Shown here one piece after another: positions 24,269 to 25,716 of a stretch of DNA of 25,716 nt. The stretch is from a virus (lineage: Duplodnaviria > Caudoviricetes), in IMG/VR virus record IMGVR_UViG_3300024283_000173, positions 1-25,716 of that record; one strand, written 5' to 3'. The number at the start of each line of letters is the position of its first letter. Positions within the stretch are counted from its first letter, which is position 1. The notes below the pieces were generated by a model. It ran no database searches. It saw nothing but the letters and a program-made list of their open reading frames with translations, and was not told where the DNA came from. The translations under genes were made by a program, and so were the position numbers.

Positions 24269-24663
24269 TTAAATTCGAGTTCTTCGTCCCCGGCCATCCC
24301 ATGCCAACGCAATATCGTCAGACCAAATTTGGCGTGATCTACAACGTAGGACGTGCAGTAGCCTGGAGGAAAGCAGTGACTCAGTCGGCGGTAGTAGCGG
24401 CAGGAGCGGGATATAAGCCACAGTCGGGGAGGGTAACGTTGAGCCTAGACTTCTACTTCCCGATTCCCAAGAGCCGTAAGGAGCTGAGAGTCGGTGATCC
24501 GCATTTACAGGATCCCGATTGTACGAACTTACTTAAAAATTGTGAGGATGGCCTGAAGAGAGTGTTGTTCACCGATGACTGCATGGTGTGGAGCTTGGGA
24601 GTGACTAAGCAGTGGATCGAGGCGGGCAAGGAAGGCGTACAGGTGTTGGTGACGATAAACTGA
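24265..24663 (+). CDS. rusA: RusA-family Holliday junction resolvase
   Basis: F.VPG.P, F.FP.PKS and PDCTNLLK..EDGL.....DD..V motifs; GTGA coupling. Confidence 0.88.
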   Translation: MIKFEFFVPGHPMPTQYRQTKFGVIYNVGRAVAWRKAVTQSAVVAAGAGYKPQSGRVTLSLDFYFPIPKSRKELRVGDPHLQDPDCTNLLKNCEDGLKRVLFTDDCMVWSLGVTKQWIEAGKEGVQVLVTIN

Positions 24664-24672
24664 GGAGGTGTA

Positions 24673-24843
24673 ATGGAATTGCTGTTAGAAGTTACTGTAA
24701 CTATTGACGAAGATGAAGTAGATACCACTGAGAAGTTGCGGAAGAAGAAAAACGAGGTCCGCAAGGTAATTGAGAGTATTGATCCATACATAGGAATCTT
24801 TACCGTTGAAAACATTCTTGGTGACAATGATGATGGCAGGTAG
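24673..24843 (+). CDS. 56-aa hypothetical protein
   Basis: GAGGAGG RBS; MELLLEVTVTIDEDE...; not in ORF track. Confidence 0.6.
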   Translation: MELLLEVTVTIDEDEVDTTEKLRKKKNEVRKVIESIDPYIGIFTVENILGDNDDGR

Positions 24844-25303
24844 AAGTAATGGCAGAAGCGCAGGTGGACATGAGCGACCGCATCATGGAGAAACAAATGA
24901 GTGGCATACACCTCAGTACATTCTTGATGCTCTTGGTCCGTTCGATGACGATCCTGCAATGCCGGGACAGATTAATGGACTAACTCGACCGTGGAATGGA
25001 TTTGTATGGTGTAATCCACCTTACGGACCTGAATGTGGTAGGTGGCTGCGTCGGATGTCTGATCACAACAATGGAATCGCCTTAGTATTCGCTCGAACTG
25101 AGACCCGTTGGTTTAAGAACACGGTATGGGACACAGCTACCGCGCTGAAGTTCTTGTTTAAGAGGATTCATTTCGTTAGAGACGGCAAGACTGCCAAAGG
25201 CAATAGTGGAGCACCGTCAGTTCTCGTTGCTTACGGAGAAGAGGCAGTGATTCGCCTTGGCAAATGTGAGTTGGATGGAGCGTTTATTGAGGAATGGAAA
25301 TGA
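24827..25303 (+). CDS. Phage DNA N6-adenine methyltransferase (Dam family)
   Basis: EWHTP, FD.DP, VWCNPPYG and ALVFARTET.WF motifs. Confidence 0.9.
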   Translation: MMMAGRSNGRSAGGHERPHHGETNEWHTPQYILDALGPFDDDPAMPGQINGLTRPWNGFVWCNPPYGPECGRWLRRMSDHNNGIALVFARTETRWFKNTVWDTATALKFLFKRIHFVRDGKTAKGNSGAPSVLVAYGEEAVIRLGKCELDGAFIEEWK

Positions 25304-25716
25304 TCCAAGATATCCACCAAGAGATTCTCAAGTCCTACCGTGAGTTCAAGGAGAAGGGCATTCTGCGGGTGAACGCCACTCAACTTAAGGAGTGGTCAAC
25401 CTGTAAGGAGCTTCATCGTATTCATTATCTCCTGGGTAAGTCCGCCGTCGAGCCTTCCATCCACTACCACTTTGGCTCAGTGATCCACAAGATGGCGGAA
25501 GGTTACTGGAGTGGTAAGCCGTATATGGAATCGTTCCATGAAGCGCTGAGGGTGGCGCAGGAGCTGGATATCCGGCTACTCAATAGCAAGGATCAGAGTA
25601 AGTGGTCGGCGTTGCAGGATGCGATAGCACCGATTACGACGATCTACTATGGGTATCATGGGGATAAGGCGCTGACTAATCGTCCTGAGATGAATGAGAC
25701 CACCATTGAGTGGGAG
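25300..25716 (+). CDS. PD-(D/E)XK nuclease family protein (3' truncated)
   Basis: ATGA coupling; NATQLKEWSTC...Y...FGSVIHK.AE N-terminal signature of Cas4/AddB-like phage exonucleases; not in ORF track. Confidence 0.7.
   Translation, partial: MIQDIHQEILKSYREFKEKGILRVNATQLKEWSTCKELHRIHYLLGKSAVEPSIHYHFGSVIHKMAEGYWSGKPYMESFHEALRVAQELDIRLLNSKDQSKWSALQDAIAPITTIYYGYHGDKALTNRPEMNETTIEWE

Noticed and set aside
25300-25716. Cas4 as evidence of CRISPR-Cas
   Set aside because: No other cas genes or array; such nucleases are common phage recombination exonucleases.
1-25716. Alternative genetic code, integrase or att site
   Set aside because: Long genes are intact in code 11 and use all three stops; no integrase or host genes are visible, so lifestyle cannot be called.

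Overview
Part of a tailed dsDNA phage genome with podovirus-like gene order; an Acidobacteria-type host is plausible but only inferred. The left arm (1-14242, minus strand) is the late/virion region: a tRNA-like RNA, tRNA-Asp, membrane and Zn-ribbon proteins, probable TerS, an inserted C5-cytosine methylase, TerL, portal, a structured leader/terminator, Lys-rich peptides, scaffold, major capsid, two minor virion proteins and a truncated adaptor-like gene. A non-coding strand switch (14250-14740) carries TGTCA-N4-TGACA arrays and a DnaA-box match. The right arm (mostly plus strand) has about 30 small early genes, including many Cys-rich proteins, hydrophobic micro-peptides and a PEP-CTERM protein, followed by a minus-strand AAA_25/RepA-like ATPase with a 36-bp inverted repeat at its 3' end, RusA, a Dam-family methylase and a partial PD-(D/E)XK nuclease. 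The most striking signal is a 20-bp RNA hairpin ahead of the capsid operon whose loop is antisense to the RBS shared by several early genes. All family calls come from motif recognition by eye; no database searches were run.
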